Source of the DNA: Eledone cirrhosa
Taxonomy: Eukaryota
DNA: 64,000 nt
Assembly: GCA_964016885.1 (NCBI GenBank)
Contig: OZ024743.1
Location: forward strand, 104,408,001-104,472,000
Direction: 5' to 3'
Positions 13,895 through 26,729 of the stretch are shown here, piece after piece (position 1 is the first letter of the stretch; each line of letters opens with the position of its first letter). Position numbers and translations under genes: made by a program. The notes under the pieces were generated by a model. That model saw only the letters and a list, made by a program, of their open reading frames with translations, was not told where the DNA came from and did no database searches.

Positions 13895-16800
13895 TCATCA
13901 TCATCATCATCATCATCAGCGTTTAACGTCCGTGTTCCACGCTTGCATGGGTTTGGACGGGGGTAGTCCCACTTGAGGCAAGAGTGATTGTCTTGCTCGC
14001 ATAGGACTGTCTGGCAGGTTTTCTACAGTTGGATGCCCTTCCTAACACCAACCACATTTACAGTGTGGGTCTGGGAGGTTTTTACCGTGTTGCCTACACG
14101 GCCACATTACAGCGTGGACTGTGTGTTTTTTTGTCGTGACACCTACACGATCTCATTTGTTTCGGCCTCGATGGCGCGGCACCAACATAACTTTACATAG
14201 AACGGGGTGGTGTGGATCGGGTGGGGGTGGTGGGACGGGGTGTATTTGTTAGAGATGCCTACTGGCTGGAGTAGGTTTTACTATATATTTAGGTAAGGCG
14301 GGTCTTCTCTGTTACTGAGTACCGCCAAAGGTCTCGGTCCAGTGACATTGTCTTGGAGAGGTGTAAGTGTGTGATGTCGGAGTTTATCAGCTCGTCCCAG
14401 GTTTTTCTAGGTCTGCCTATTCCGTGACTACCGTCTATCTTTATTGCCCTGCACTTTGTTATACAGCTATCGACTTTCATGCGCATCACGTGTCCATACC
14501 AACGTAGCCTTCTCTCGAGTAAACAACATCTGATCCCTCTTATCTCTAATTTATTCCTTAGTTCGTTTATGCTTTGCCGTTCACGTATATTACTGTTACA
14601 CATCCAGCGGAGCATGCAAGCTTCGTTCCTCTCTAGTCTGCGTATATCCTCTGCACACAATGCCCAGGTCTCACTGCCATGCAGCATTGCTGTTCGTATG
14701 CAGGCATCGTACAACCTGCCTTTCATTTTTAGTGAGAACCCTTTAGCAGCTAATAGTGGTATAAGCTCTCTGAACTTTTTCCAACCAGTTCTGACTCTAG
14801 CTACAGTACTTTCAGAGCACCCTCCCCCACTGCTGATTTTATCGCCCAGGTAACGGAAGCTGTCCACTATTTCTATAGAACCCTCTGCGCAATTGAAAGA
14901 GCTAGTAGTTTGTGGGCACTTGCTGCTACTTATTGCACCAGAGCACCGGCCACATGTAAAATCTATGTTCTTAGTTAGCCTACCTGTGATCCCACTACAT
15001 CTTTTATGCACCCATACTTTGCATTTAGGACATAAAATGGAGTTTCTACCTACGCCTTTCCTACACACCGAGCACGACCATTTCCCAGAAGGGACCGCCG
15101 CCTTGTTTTCTTTCCTACAAACTAGTACTTTGGTCTTAGCCAGGTTAATTTTAAGTCCTTTTGACTCTAGGCCGTGCTTCCATGTTTGGAATTTCTTCTC
15201 TAGCTCGGCCATTGATTCCGCTATGAGTGTCAGGTCGTCTGCGTATAGGAGTTCCCATGGGCAGCCTGTCTTGAACTCCTCTGTTATGGCCTGAAGGGCA
15301 ATAATAAATAGTAGTGGACTGAGAACAGAGCCCTGATGGACGCCGACTTTTACGCTAAACTCTTCACTATATTCGTTGTTAATTCTAACCTTGCTGACTG
15401 TTTCTTTATACATGGCTTGTATAGCCCTCACAAGCCATTCGTCAACGCCTAGTTTTCTAAGAGCCCACCAGATAATGGAGCGGGGGACTCTGTCGAAGGC
15501 TTTCTCCAAGTCGACAAAAGCTAAGTAGAGGGGTTTACCTTTAGCTAGGTACTTCTCTTGTAGTTGTCGTACTATGAAAAGAGCGTCTGTGGTACTTTTG
15601 CCTGACACAAACCCGAACTGCATTTCATCTAGGTCAATTCTCTCTCTGATTAGCTGCGCTATTACTCTTTCCGTGACCTTCATGACCTGGTCGATTAATT
15701 TAATGCCTCTATAGTTACTCCTATCTAGGGCGTCTCCTTTACCCTTATAACAGTTAACGATGATGCTGCTATGCCAGTCCTTCGGAACAACCCCGTTTTG
15801 TACGACTTGGTTAACTATGCGGGTGACCATGGTGTGTCCCACCGTGCCAGATGCCTTCAGCATCTCAGCAACTATTTCCGAAGGCCCAGCCGCCTTACCA
15901 GTCTTCATATCCTTGATTGCCTTACTTATTATACTCCCCTCGACTAACACTGCTGGTCCCTCTATTGGGTCGATATGGGGGAGACTGCCTTTCTCCCAAT
16001 TATTCTCCTCATTTAGAAGCCTTTCATAGTGACACTTCCAAGCTACCTTCTTATCAGCGTCGGTGATGGCAAGTGTGCCATCGTCGTTTAGTACACACTT
16101 CTCCCCGACAATATCACGGTTTTCCTTGACGCATTGCCTAGCAATCCTGAACACCTCACGTTTTTGGTCATCGCGTTGTAGAACATGCTTGAACTTTCTT
16201 TCCTCAGCTTCCCTTCTTGCTAAGTACACTTGTCTCCTAGCTTCCCTCCTGGCCACTTGATAGTCCTCTCTACTTCCCCCATCCCGCCATACTTTCCAAG
16301 CCTGCTTTTTGGCCTTAATTGACCCCTCCACCTTACTGTTCCACCACCATGTTACTCTCCTCCTGCCTACAGGCCTGCTCCAGCCACAGACCTCGTCTGT
16401 CGCCAACAGCAGGTTTGCTTTCAGAAATTCCCACTCTCCCTCTATATTGTCCGACTCTAAATGTTCTTCCTTACTGTCGAAAGCATCAAGTAATATGCTT
16501 TGAAATTTATTCCTGGCTGTGGGGTCCTTTAACTTCCATATTTTCCTCCTGAGGATAGTCCTCTTCTGTTGTCGAGTACGTCTCGTCCTGACTATGAGGT
16601 CGCTAATTATCAGTCTATGTTGGGAGGTGCATTCTTCATGGGGGAGGGATTTAGTGTTAACAACAGACACTCTGTCACGTCTTCTGGTAAGGATATAATC
16701 TACCTGGCTTGTGTGTTCCCCGGATCTATAGGTGATCAGGTGATTGTCACGTTTTTTGAAGTTAGTGTTACAGATAGTTAGGTTATTTGCATCACAGAAT

Positions 16801-18340
16801 TCCAGGATTCTGGAGCCTTCCTCATTTCTAGTACCAAACCCATAGCCTCCATGGATTTCGTCGTAGCCGTCACAATGTTGTCCAACGTGACCATTTAGGT
16901 CGCCTGCGATAATTATATAGTCACTGTCGGATATTTGGGAGGTAGTTAGCATCAGTGTCTCATAGAATCTGTCTTTTATAGTGCCGGGCAGTCCGGATTG
17001 GGGTGCGTACGCAGATATTACTGTCACCGTAGTTCTATTGAGGACAAGTCGTATTTTAATTATTCTGTCGTTCACTCTATTTACGTCTATTATCTTATCT
17101 GCCCACTTTTCTGCTACCATGATTCCTACTCCACCCAGCCCATCGTCGTTTCCCACCCAGAAAAGCTTATAACAACGTTTTTTACCCTCAATGAACCTAG
17201 CAGACCCACCCCTCCACCTGGTCTCTTGAATACAACAAACATCGACCTCCTTACGTTCAAGCATTTCTACAACCTCGTTAGCGCGACCCTTTAGGGTGCC
17301 TACATTTATGGTACCAACTCTGAAGTTTTGGATTGCGTTTGGGGGTTGGGGGCGGTGAGGGGCGGGGGGCGATGGTGTTATGTTAGCCGTCCGCGGTCGA
17401 AACAATGAGGAGTGCTCGCATTCTCGTCCAAGGGGTGAATTTGTCTTTATCTTTGGCATTGTCGCTGAGCGTCCAGATTTTTCTCTCTCACCTCCACTCT
17501 CCAGGATTCCGCAGTCCATCCATCCATCATATATCGTATATCGAAAGGCAAGCGATAGTATAGGCCTCTGGTTTCTGATTGGTCCGCGTAATAATACTGG
17601 TGATACGTGGGGGCTGTTTTATGATTGGTCCACGTAATAGCAATGGTGGTGTGTGGGGGTGGGAGGGAGGGGTGTTGGGTAGCTAGCAAGAAGGTAATGA
17701 TTGAGATTTGTCTATGCATTTAACAAGCGATTAACAAAAATACAAAATTTGTTCAGTTAAATACGTCCAAAAACCTAAACGTATTTAGCACTTAATAGGA
17801 ACAGAAAATGTAGTTTGTTTTAGCGATAGAATGGCTATTTGGACTTGAAATACGAAATGAGCGAGAGAGAGGAGAGAGAGATGAAGTCTGTACCTTATGT
17901 TTACATGATTTTCGTTCGGACAGCAGGCAAAGAAATGAAATTTGGCGAAGTGAATTCCTATCATATATTTATAGGGAGAGAGAGAGAGAGAGAGAGTGCG
18001 AGGGTAGGGGGCCACATGATGGCTGTGGGTGTTAGGCGTTTGACCGCCCCGTGCCTTCGAAGAAGGAAGAAGGAAAGGATTTTGCTTTTTTTGGGGTTTG
18101 AAAATACGTTAGGAATTAAGGTTTGAAAATAGCTAGCAAGAAGGTAATGATTGAGATTTGTCTATGCATTTAACAAGCGATTAACAAAAATACAAAATTT
18201 GTTCAGTTAAATACGTCCAAAAACCTAAACGTATTTAGCACTTAATAGGAACAGAAAATGTAGTTTGTTTTAGCGATAGAATGGCTATTTGGACTTGAAA
18301 TACGAAATGAGCGAGAGAGAGGAGAGAGAGATGAAGTCTG

Positions 18341-18348
<8 letters not shown>
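13895..18348 (-). mobile_element. Full-length RTE LINE family A with long 5' region, about 390-nt 3'UTR and (GAT)n tail
   Basis: Single intact ORF with UTRs; the 5' boundary is inferred from the junction with the TA array. Confidence 0.9.
14289..17519 (-). CDS. RTE polyprotein, 1076 aa: APE endonuclease, reverse transcriptase, PHD-type finger
   Basis: GTINVGTL, CIQETRW, SAYAPQ, GDLNGH, QVDYIL, SQHRL; RT FVDLEKAFD, HQGSVLSP, YADD, FRYLG; no stops. Confidence 0.97.
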   Translation of the reverse strand: MDCGILESGGEREKSGRSATMPKIKTNSPLGRECEHSSLFRPRTANITPSPPAPHRPQPPNAIQNFRVGTINVGTLKGRANEVVEMLERKEVDVCCIQETRWRGGSARFIEGKKRCYKLFWVGNDDGLGGVGIMVAEKWADKIIDVNRVNDRIIKIRLVLNRTTVTVISAYAPQSGLPGTIKDRFYETLMLTTSQISDSDYIIIAGDLNGHVGQHCDGYDEIHGGYGFGTRNEEGSRILEFCDANNLTICNTNFKKRDNHLITYRSGEHTSQVDYILTRRRDRVSVVNTKSLPHEECTSQHRLIISDLIVRTRRTRQQKRTILRRKIWKLKDPTARNKFQSILLDAFDSKEEHLESDNIEGEWEFLKANLLLATDEVCGWSRPVGRRRVTWWWNSKVEGSIKAKKQAWKVWRDGGSREDYQVARREARRQVYLARREAEERKFKHVLQRDDQKREVFRIARQCVKENRDIVGEKCVLNDDGTLAITDADKKVAWKCHYERLLNEENNWEKGSLPHIDPIEGPAVLVEGSIISKAIKDMKTGKAAGPSEIVAEMLKASGTVGHTMVTRIVNQVVQNGVVPKDWHSSIIVNCYKGKGDALDRSNYRGIKLIDQVMKVTERVIAQLIRERIDLDEMQFGFVSGKSTTDALFIVRQLQEKYLAKGKPLYLAFVDLEKAFDRVPRSIIWWALRKLGVDEWLVRAIQAMYKETVSKVRINNEYSEEFSVKVGVHQGSVLSPLLFIIALQAITEEFKTGCPWELLYADDLTLIAESMAELEKKFQTWKHGLESKGLKINLAKTKVLVCRKENKAAVPSGKWSCSVCRKGVGRNSILCPKCKVWVHKRCSGITGRLTKNIDFTCGRCSGAISSSKCPQTTSSFNCAEGSIEIVDSFRYLGDKISSGGGCSESTVARVRTGWKKFRELIPLLAAKGFSLKMKGRLYDACIRTAMLHGSETWALCAEDIRRLERNEACMLRWMCNSNIRERQSINELRNKLEIRGIRCCLLERRLRWYGHVMRMKVDSCITKCRAIKIDGSHGIGRPRKTWDELINSDITHLHLSKTMSLDRDLWRYSVTEKTRLT

Positions 18349-18379
<31 letters not shown>

Positions 18380-18389
18380 TATATATATA

Positions 18390-18425
<36 letters not shown>

Positions 18426-18477
18426 TATATATATATGAATATATATATATATATATATATATATGAATATATATATA

Positions 18478-18552
<75 letters not shown>

Positions 18553-18575
18553 GTATATATATGTATATATATATG

Positions 18576-18624
<49 letters not shown>

Positions 18625-18647
18625 GTATATATATGTATATATATATA

Positions 18648-19306
18648 TTAGAAATAAGAGGGATCAGATGTTGTTTACTCGAGAGAAGGCTACGTTGGTA
18701 TGGACACGTGATGCGCATGAAAGTCGATAGCTGTATAACAAAGTGCAGGGCAATAAAGATAGACGGTAGCCACGGAATAGGCAGACCTAGAAAAACCTGG
18801 GACGAGCTGATAAACTCCGACCTCACACACTTACACCTCTCCAAGACAATGTCACTGGACCGAGACCTTTGGCGGTACTCAGTAACAGAGAAGACCCGCC
18901 TTACCTAAATACATAGTAAAACCTACTACAGCCAGTAGGCATCTCTAACAAAATACACCCCGTCCCACCACCCCCACCCCATCCACACCACCCCCTTCTA
19001 TGTAAAGTTATGTCGGTGCCACGCCATCCAGGCTGAAACAAATGAGATCGTGTAGGTGTCACGACAAAAAAACACACAGTCCACGCTGTAATGTGGCCGT
19101 GTAGGCAACACGGTAAAAACCTCCCAGACCCACACTGTAAATGTGGTTGGTGTTAGGAAGGGCATCCAACTGTAGAAAACCTGCCAGACAGTCCTATGCG
19201 AGCAAGACAATCACTCTTGCCTCAAGTGGGAAAACCCCCGTCCAAACCCATGCAAGCGTGGAACACGGACGTTAAACGTTGATGATGATGATGATGATGA
19301 TGATGA
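18648..19306 (+). mobile_element. RTE-A 3' fragment, duplicate of 11422-12080
   Basis: Same breakpoint, sequence and flanking satellite pattern. Confidence 0.95.
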
Positions 19307-19336
19307 TATATATATATATATATATGTATATATATG

Positions 19337-19435
<99 letters not shown>

Positions 19436-21212
19436 CATAAAATACCATATTGATCTTAAATACTTGGTAGTCGTTTCCAATTATACCATAGAATTTCCAC
19501 AGCTTCAGTATCTAATCTTAATTACACCACTTTTGATGAGGATATAAAGTATGTTGGGTGACAGCAAACTTTCTAATGGGTCTGAGAAGGAAGATAACCA
19601 CTGTGATAAACTAAGAAGGAAAGAATGAAAGAAGGAAGCAAAGCAAAGCTGATGCATGACAGACCCTGCCTTGCTAACCTCACATATCAGCAAGATCTCA
19701 GCAGACCTAATGGAGTGAGGGGAGAGAATGTAAAAGAGGGTACATCAAAGAATACTGATAACATTCTGGAGTAAAAACCCACCAACTATTTGTTATGTGA
19801 TAACCAGCATAGTTGCTTTTGTTGTTGCTGCTGTTAGCCCATAGGTCAGTTTTCCTCACCAAGAGCAGACATATGTCCAAAGATAATCTAACTTTAAGGA
19901 CTAATATTAGAGAAATTACATTATCTAATATATCTTTCTGGTGTTAACCCTATTGATACCAACCTTCCTGAAACTGCACTTGGTTTTACAATGAGTGTTA
20001 GGACCAGTAACTCCTGGTGATATTGCATGGGTGACGTAATGACATACAGCCTATCTTGGCTATTTTAAACTTGGTTGGAGTTCCTCCCCTTTTTTCCAGG
20101 TCTTAATATAGCTTATTTATTCCAGAGAGAGAGATGGAAGAAGATATCTTGATGATGATGAAGTTGATGATAAAATTACATATTACATAAATACTTATTT
20201 GCTCAACAATCCAAAATATGTAGACATATAAACTCAACTATACTTACATACACAGTAATACACACATATATCCATACAAACGCACACATACATATGCACA
20301 CAAATATGCATATATACACAAACACACAGAGGCATGCAAACACACACACAGGCACAAACACACACATATACACACACAGACACACATTCAAACACATACA
20401 CAGATACACACACAGACACTCAGACAGACACACACATAGAGATACACACACAAATGATGATAATATTGTTGGTAAAAATGGTAAACTGATACTAACTTGC
20501 TACTTGCTTAAAACTGACCCTGGTTTTATGAAACAAAACTGCCTATGTATTAAGTTACTCTTTTAGTAACAGAATAAATAATAATTTTAGTAAATCCCTC
20601 AAAACTCTTCATTAATTAATTGAAATAATTTGGATTTCATTAGAAAAACAGTCATGAAAGGGTTAAAAGAAGGACATATGCATTGGATAATGTAGTCACG
20701 CTCAGAGTTGCTGAAGCATGGAACAATCTACCTGCATCAGTTGTTAGCTGCCGAGGCACTGCATCTTTTAAAACCTCCATGCTTCCTGAAATTCACCAAC
20801 ACTGCACCTATCCCCCCTCCACACACACACACACATGTATATCATGACTCATACACTGTTCACTTTTCTGACATTTGTACATTATTCTATGTATTATACA
20901 TGGACCTTGGATGAGTTGTAGTACACCCGAACACTGTACACAATAATTTCATTATCATTATTAGATACACTGTATCCCAAAAGTATATAGTATGATCACA
21001 ACTAACATCTTTGATCATATGTTTGCCCTGTCAGGTTTTACTGGGGACTAAACAACAAGAATATATAATTTCCCCTTATCTTTTAAGCAAGTCACAACAT
21101 TCTGCATATCTAAACTGCAAGGCAGTGGGACCTCTGCATATGCAGAACAAAAATATCACCACTAGTGATGTTGAATGCAAAAGAGAGAAATGACAGAGAT
21201 AGTGATGAGTGT

Positions 21213-21243
<31 letters not shown>

Positions 21244-21295
21244 AAAAACATGGGAAGAAAGAGGAATACTGCGTAGTTGCACATGGGTTACATAT

Positions 21296-21616
21296 TATAA
21301 AATTAGTCCCTCATCAGTGATTTGCCAACCATCATTGGTATTTCATCACATTAAAAATCATATACCTCAGGTTGGTGCGAGCAATAACTAAAATAAGCTA
21401 TTGGGACAAGTGAACCGCGTAAAGCAAGTGGGACAAGTAAACAACATAGAATGGTTTTCCTTCTATGTTGTTTACTTGTCTCACTTGCTTTACGCGATTC
21501 ACTTGTCCCAATAGCTTATTTTAGTTATTGCTCGCAGCAACCTGAGGTATATTATTTTTAATGCGATGAAATACCAATGATGGTTGGTAAATCACTGATG
21601 AGGGGCTAATTTTATA
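21296..21616. repeat. Long palindrome (about 155-bp arms, 9-nt loop) of a Penelope-terminal-like repeat
   Basis: 21296-21451 is the reverse complement of 21461-21616; relatives at 26918-27035, 54565 and 55208. Confidence 0.9.
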
Positions 21617-21662
21617 TATATATATATGTGTGTGTGTGTGCGTGTGTGTGTGTGTGTATCTG

Positions 21663-22024
21663 TATACAGCCTTGCCTGAAGCTAAATTCTAATTCTATTC
21701 TATTATAAGTTGAGCTAACTTAGGCAGCTTCATATGTAAGTGAGATTAATCACCTCATTTACACAGACGAGAAAACTATATATTCTCGACTGTTTTCCAG
21801 TCCAGCAGTCGCAAGTGTAGGAGGGATTGTCCTGATGAGTACCAATTAAGTCCGAAATATATCGACGATTGTCCCCCTTGCTTCTGCTGGACACCACCAG
21901 AGGGCGTTAGTCCCGGTATTTTTTTGCATAGCTACAGCTTTCTAAATGTTTACCTGTAGACATACCGTGTTTCTTTAGAAATATGATATCTATATACAGC
22001 TATGCCTGAAGCTAAATCCTAATT
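21663..22024 (+). mobile_element. 330-nt retrozyme-like or Penelope terminal-repeat unit with partial tandem duplication
   Basis: TATACAGC..TGCCTGAAGCTAAAT.CTAATT occurs at 21663 and 21993; central hammerhead motif. Confidence 0.6.
21800..21892 (+). ncRNA. Type I hammerhead ribozyme motif with extended stem I
   Basis: UUGUC-CUGAUGA-GUACCAAUUAAGUCC-GAAAUAUAUC-GACGA; outer pairings GUCCAGCAG/CUGCUGGAC and GCAAG/CUUGC; one mismatch in stem II. Confidence 0.75.
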
Positions 22025-22136
22025 ATATATATATATACTCTTTTCCTATTAAATCAAGTGTAAAATTAATAATGTTTTTCTTCATTGTACTGTATCGTTT
22101 GCTTTGTTGTATCGATTTGCCTTTTGCATATATATA

Positions 22137-22730
<594 letters not shown>

Positions 22731-23749
22731 ATGTTTCTTTTATTTGCCACAAGGGCATCAAAAGTGGGACAAGTACAATGGGGGGAGTTTACAAAACAAG
22801 GCATCCTCAATAGGGAGGAGGCAATAACAATATATAAAAATAAAATAAAATATAACAAAAAATAGAATTATAACAAAATCCTCAATAGAGGATTTTGTTA
22901 TAAAATATAACAAAAAATAAAATTTATAAAAAAATCCTCAATAGAGAGGAGGCGCCTTGGGGGGTCGCACACACCCCCGAAAAAAGTGTGCAACCCTTTT
23001 CCTCAGGAGCACAGAGAGGGGGTGCTCCCTCGTTCCTTCCTCTTTTCCACCTACAGGCTCATGTAAAGAGAAGGCCCATTCACACGGGCCATTCTCGCCA
23101 CTTTCACCCACCTTTCATAAAAACGACTGGGGTGCAGCACCTCTCTCTCCATCCTGATCCTTCTTCCGAAATGATATCGGAAGAAACGGACCAGTTGTTG
23201 GCCAGAGAGAAAGGTGCCTGACCTCAGTCCTTTCAGACGCGTCCACCATACAACCTCTTTCGCCATGGCTATTACGCACAGAAACACCGCCTCTGCTTCA
23301 TCTTTGAAGGGGGAGGCGGCTTGATCATTACAATAGACTCGGTGGTCAACCGGATCGGTCCCACCCTTGACAGCAGTTGTTCGACATAGCCCCACAGATC
23401 GGCTACGCCCGAGCAGTGTACCAATGCGTGTGCAACGGTTTCCTCGTCGCACACGCATCTGGGACAGATCTTTTTGGCGGGGTCCCTACCCGGGCGCCCG
23501 TGTCTGTAGAGCCTTTCTCGAACGGGTAAAGCTCCTCGGTAGCACTGCCAGGCCAGGGACTTCTGGAAGTTGTCCATAGGTCCCGGGCTGAATGTCCTAC
23601 CGAACAGGCTGGCCAGTTCGTCCTCCTCCATGTCTAGGGCTTCTCCGAGGGCGTCGTCGCACCTGCTGCGTACCAGCCCTCTATAGAATGTTGCGGTGGA
23701 GTCTCCACCGATAACCGGATCCGCCCGCCAGAGGGCGGTGAGCGCCTGG
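22731..23749 (-). mobile_element. Tx1/L1-clade 3' fragment with CCHC zinc knuckle, one frameshift
   Basis: AWQCYRGALPV...CPRCVCDEETVAHALVHC...AKEVVWWTR...FYERW; flanked by (GATA)n on both sides. Confidence 0.88.
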
Positions 23750-24079
23750 ATAGATAGATAGATAGATAGATATGCATATATATATATATATATACACATA
23801 CTCACAATCTTAAGAGAGTATGTAAAGAATATTAAAATACATGTATACATACTAACACACACATATACATAGATGCACATATGCAAACTCACATATACAC
23901 AGATACACACACATACGCATACACACGCAGTTGTGCTTCTTATTTTACGGTTCCCTTTTCTTCTATTTATAAACCACATTTCTGTTTATTTTAAACAACA
24001 TCCTGAATTAGCAACAGCAACAACAACAACTAAGGCACTGTTAATGGGGGTCTGTGGCAAAAATACTTTCACAACATTA

Positions 24080-24370
24080 GCATCACTACCATCACCACCA
24101 CTACTATTTTTACTGCCATCACCACCACCATCACCACTACTTATCACTACTACCATTACATCCATCACCAATACCACCACCACCAATATTACTACTACGA
24201 GCAGCACCACCACCAATATTAGTACAACCATCAGTACCACCATCACGACTACTATCAATACTACCATTACATCCATCACCATCCTCAACACCACCACCAC
24301 TATTACTACTACCATCACCACCACCACAAACACCATCACTACCACCAACACCATTACCCACACCCCCACT
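24080..24370. repeat. Degenerate (ACC/ACT/ATC)n low-complexity tract (similar tracts at 28040-28460, 35420-35845, 39400-39735)
   Basis: Direct reading. Confidence 0.9.
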
Positions 24371-24614
24371 TGAACTCCTGCCATGCCAGACACAAAAAGA
24401 AACAACTAACTCCTATACTGGTTTCAATCATAAGACTGTGGCCATGCTGGGGCACACTACTGAAAGTTATTTAGTTGATCATGTCGACCCCAGTACATAC
24501 TTTATGACTTCTGGTGTTGAAACGGATGAGTTGTGGAACATAAACAAACACAGACACACACCTATGCATATGTTAATAAAGTGTAAGATGAAAATGTCTT
24601 AGGGAATCACACTG

Positions 24615-24950
24615 CATCATCATTTCATTTTACGTCCACTTTTCCCTGCTTGCAAGGGTGGGACAGGAACTGATTCTGGCTTGATTTCTACAGCTGGATG
24701 CCCTTCCTAACACCAACCTCATTTACAGTGAGTGCTGGGTGCTTTTTTGCCGTGGCACCTCCACAACCACTTTGCAGTGGAATGATAGGGACCCCAGTCC
24801 TTATCATCTCATTTCTACAGCTGAGTAAACTGGAGCAATGTGAAATAAAGTGTCTTGCTCAAGGAAACAACACATCACCTGGTCTGAGAATTGAACTCAC
24901 AACCTTTCGATTGCAAGGCCAATGCTCTAACCACTAAGCCACGTGCCTTC
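24615..24950 (-). mobile_element. S1 SINE, full length
   Basis: Reverse complement of 9549-9890. Confidence 0.92.
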
Positions 24951-25253
24951 ATATATATATATATATATGGAGAAGAAGTTTATGAAAGTTGACTCCATCC
25001 AATGCAACTACTTAATAACATTGGAATACAAATTTACTAATTCTATATATATATATATATATGTAGGTGTCACAACAAAAAGCTCCCAGCACACTGTAAA
25101 TGTGGTTGGCATTGGGAAGGGCATCCAACAGTAGAAACCTAGCCAGAAACAGTTCTATATGAGTAAGATATGGTCAACTGACCCAACTTGCCTCAAATGG
25201 ATGTTAAACAATGATGATGATATATATATATATATATATATATGTAAGTATGT

Positions 25254-25444
25254 ATACGTACATACATATATGTATACAGACGTACAGTAGTATGTATATA
25301 TATATATATATATATACATACATGCACACATATATATATATATATATGCACATATGTGCATATATATATGTGTGCATGTATGTATATATATATATATATA
25401 TATACATACTACTGTACGTCTGTATACATATATGTATGTACGTA
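25254..25444. repeat. Palindrome built from a microsatellite-rich dispersed repeat
   Basis: GTATACAGACGTACAGTAGTATG and CATACTACTGTACGTCTGTATAC around GCACATATGTGC; single-arm copy at 38460-38550. Confidence 0.85.
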
Positions 25445-25762
25445 TTATTATTGTTATTAATGTATGTGTGTGTGTATATGGGTGTGTGTGTGTGTGTATG
25501 TGTATATGTGTATGTATATGTATATATATATATATTTCTTTTTTTTATTTTTTTTTATTTTTTTTATTTTATTTTTTATTTATTTTATTTTTTTTTTCTC
25601 GTGCAATGGCCATACTCGATAACGAGGGGGCAGCCATCATGTACGTATACATACTTATATTTAAGTAACAGCCGTACTAAGAGTTTGAAATGAAATTTCG
25701 TTTCATTTTTTCCGTTTATATATATATATACGTATTTAGAAATGATGAGTGATATTTGAAAT

Positions 25763-25942
25763 TTATGAGAAAGTTGACTCTTCATTGAATTTTTGGACAA
25801 TAGAAGAATAGTCTAAATAGTAGGGCAAATGAGACCCTTTAACAGAAAAATGGACGCTTTCTGTTAAGGGAACTTATATGCCCTACTATTTAGATTATTT
25901 ATCTATAATCAAAAAATTTGATGAAGTTTTAATTTTCTCATA
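25763..25942. mobile_element. Imperfectly palindromic MITE-like element
   Basis: TCTAAATAGTAGGGCA...TTAACAGAAA and TTTCTGTTAA...TGCCCTACTATTTAGA. Confidence 0.65.
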
Positions 25943-26557
25943 TATGTATATATGTGGTTGGAACTAGGAAGGGCATCCAGCTTTAAAAAACAAGCCAAAA
26001 TACAGATCTGTATGAACAATACATGGTCTCAGAACCTGACATATCTCATAATGTGATAACCTGTGTAACCCATGCAAACAAGGAAAAATAGATGTTAAAT
26101 GATGATGATGATGATGATGATGAGGATGATAATGATAATATGTTTTTGGACTTCTTCCCTTGTTTCTGGCAATGAGTGCTTCAGTTGATTCAATCAATAG
26201 AATTACATGCTTGTGAAATTAACATGTATGTGGCTGAGAACTCCATACACACATGCACTTTTAACACAATTCTCAACATGTGATAGAATATTTCTTAATG
26301 TAGTTCTCAGGGAGATTCAGCATGTCACAATATGTAACAAGGCTGGACTTTTGAATTACTGTGTAAAACTCATTTGAGTCAGCTGAGTGGTCTTGAGCAA
26401 TGAGCTCAAAACAACAATCTGCTACTCGGTCTCAGAATCAAACCCATAAACTTACAATCCCCAGTTGAACACCTCAGCCACGCCTTCTTATATATATATA
26501 TATATATATATAGACCCCGTCGAAACGGCTTGAGCTCAGCCGTCGGGGTCTTACTTG

Positions 26558-26591
<34 letters not shown>

Positions 26592-26661
26592 AAATGACAA
26601 ACAAACAAATGCAGGAGTCAATAGTACAGTGTTATAAGCTTGACACTTGGTGAGAATGGGG

Positions 26662-26728
<67 letters not shown>

Positions 26729-26729
<1 letters not shown>

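Noticed and set aside
21590-21616. CTGATGAGGG in the palindromic repeat family (also 26962, 54646, 55289)
   Set aside because: No downstream GAAA or stem III in any copy
23873-24405. Mucin-like Thr-rich ORFs (also 27946-28524, 39422-39748)
   Set aside because: Degenerate trinucleotide tracts without splice or domain support
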